From NCBI RefSeq assembly GCF_006345805.1, contig NC_043019.1, positions 27,961,360-28,025,359 of the forward strand: a DNA stretch of 64,000 nucleotides, in the 5' to 3' direction. The notes beneath the pieces are model-generated. The model saw nothing but the letters and a program-made list of their open reading frames with translations. It made no database searches and had not been told where the DNA came from. Of the stretch, positions 63,852 to 64,000 are shown one piece after another (position 1 is the stretch's first letter; every line of letters begins with the position of its first letter). The position numbers were made by a program, and so were the translations under genes. This stretch comes from Octopus sinensis (lineage: Eukaryota).

Positions 63852-64000
63852 CTTTAGATGCAACAGTGACATTGATTGCATAGCCATTGACAAGAACACT
63901 TTCCCTGCTGCTTCGACCATGGGCTTTGAGGACATTGATGGCTTTCACTGGATAACGAGAATTTCCCTTGGAGTCAGTGATCTTTACAGCTTGTACGGCA
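63852..64000 (-). CDS. TCP1: T-complex protein 1 subunit alpha (CCT1), exon cut by the window edge
   Basis: Encodes [49 protein letters not shown]. Donor G|gtgagt. Confidence 0.95.

Overview
Eukaryotic, AT-rich, repeat-dense genomic DNA. The SINE, RTE and microsatellite content suggests an octopod cephalopod (inference). Two intron-containing genes converge tail-to-tail. (1) The 3' part of WASHC2/FAM21 lies on +: 14 exons from 24022 to 54068, splicing in one continuous frame to about 717 aa, with acidic LFa repeats, a CPI-like motif and the C-terminal DDPL motif. Its conserved N-terminal exons are not visible in the window. (2) The 3' part of TCP1/CCT1 lies on -: 7 exons from 64000 down to 55938. 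The rest is a layered transposon landscape: at least four tRNA-headed SINE families, many RTE LINE relics, Penelope-like, CR1-like, mariner, maT-like and hAT relics, TTAA MITEs and microsatellites. Most ORF-track entries are microsatellite or transposon artefacts. I found no convincing novel multi-gene system. The best leads are a ~135-nt element duplicated in two consecutive TCP1 introns, two Penelope-type minimal hammerhead ribozyme motifs, a 65-bp-arm foldback hairpin, an unclassified MITE with a 6-bp TSD and internal telomere-like repeats, a Helitron-like palindrome, and an unusual Cys-Cys C-terminus on TCP1. Exon boundaries were counted to the base; repeat boundaries are approximate; all family assignments come from recalled motifs, not database searches.
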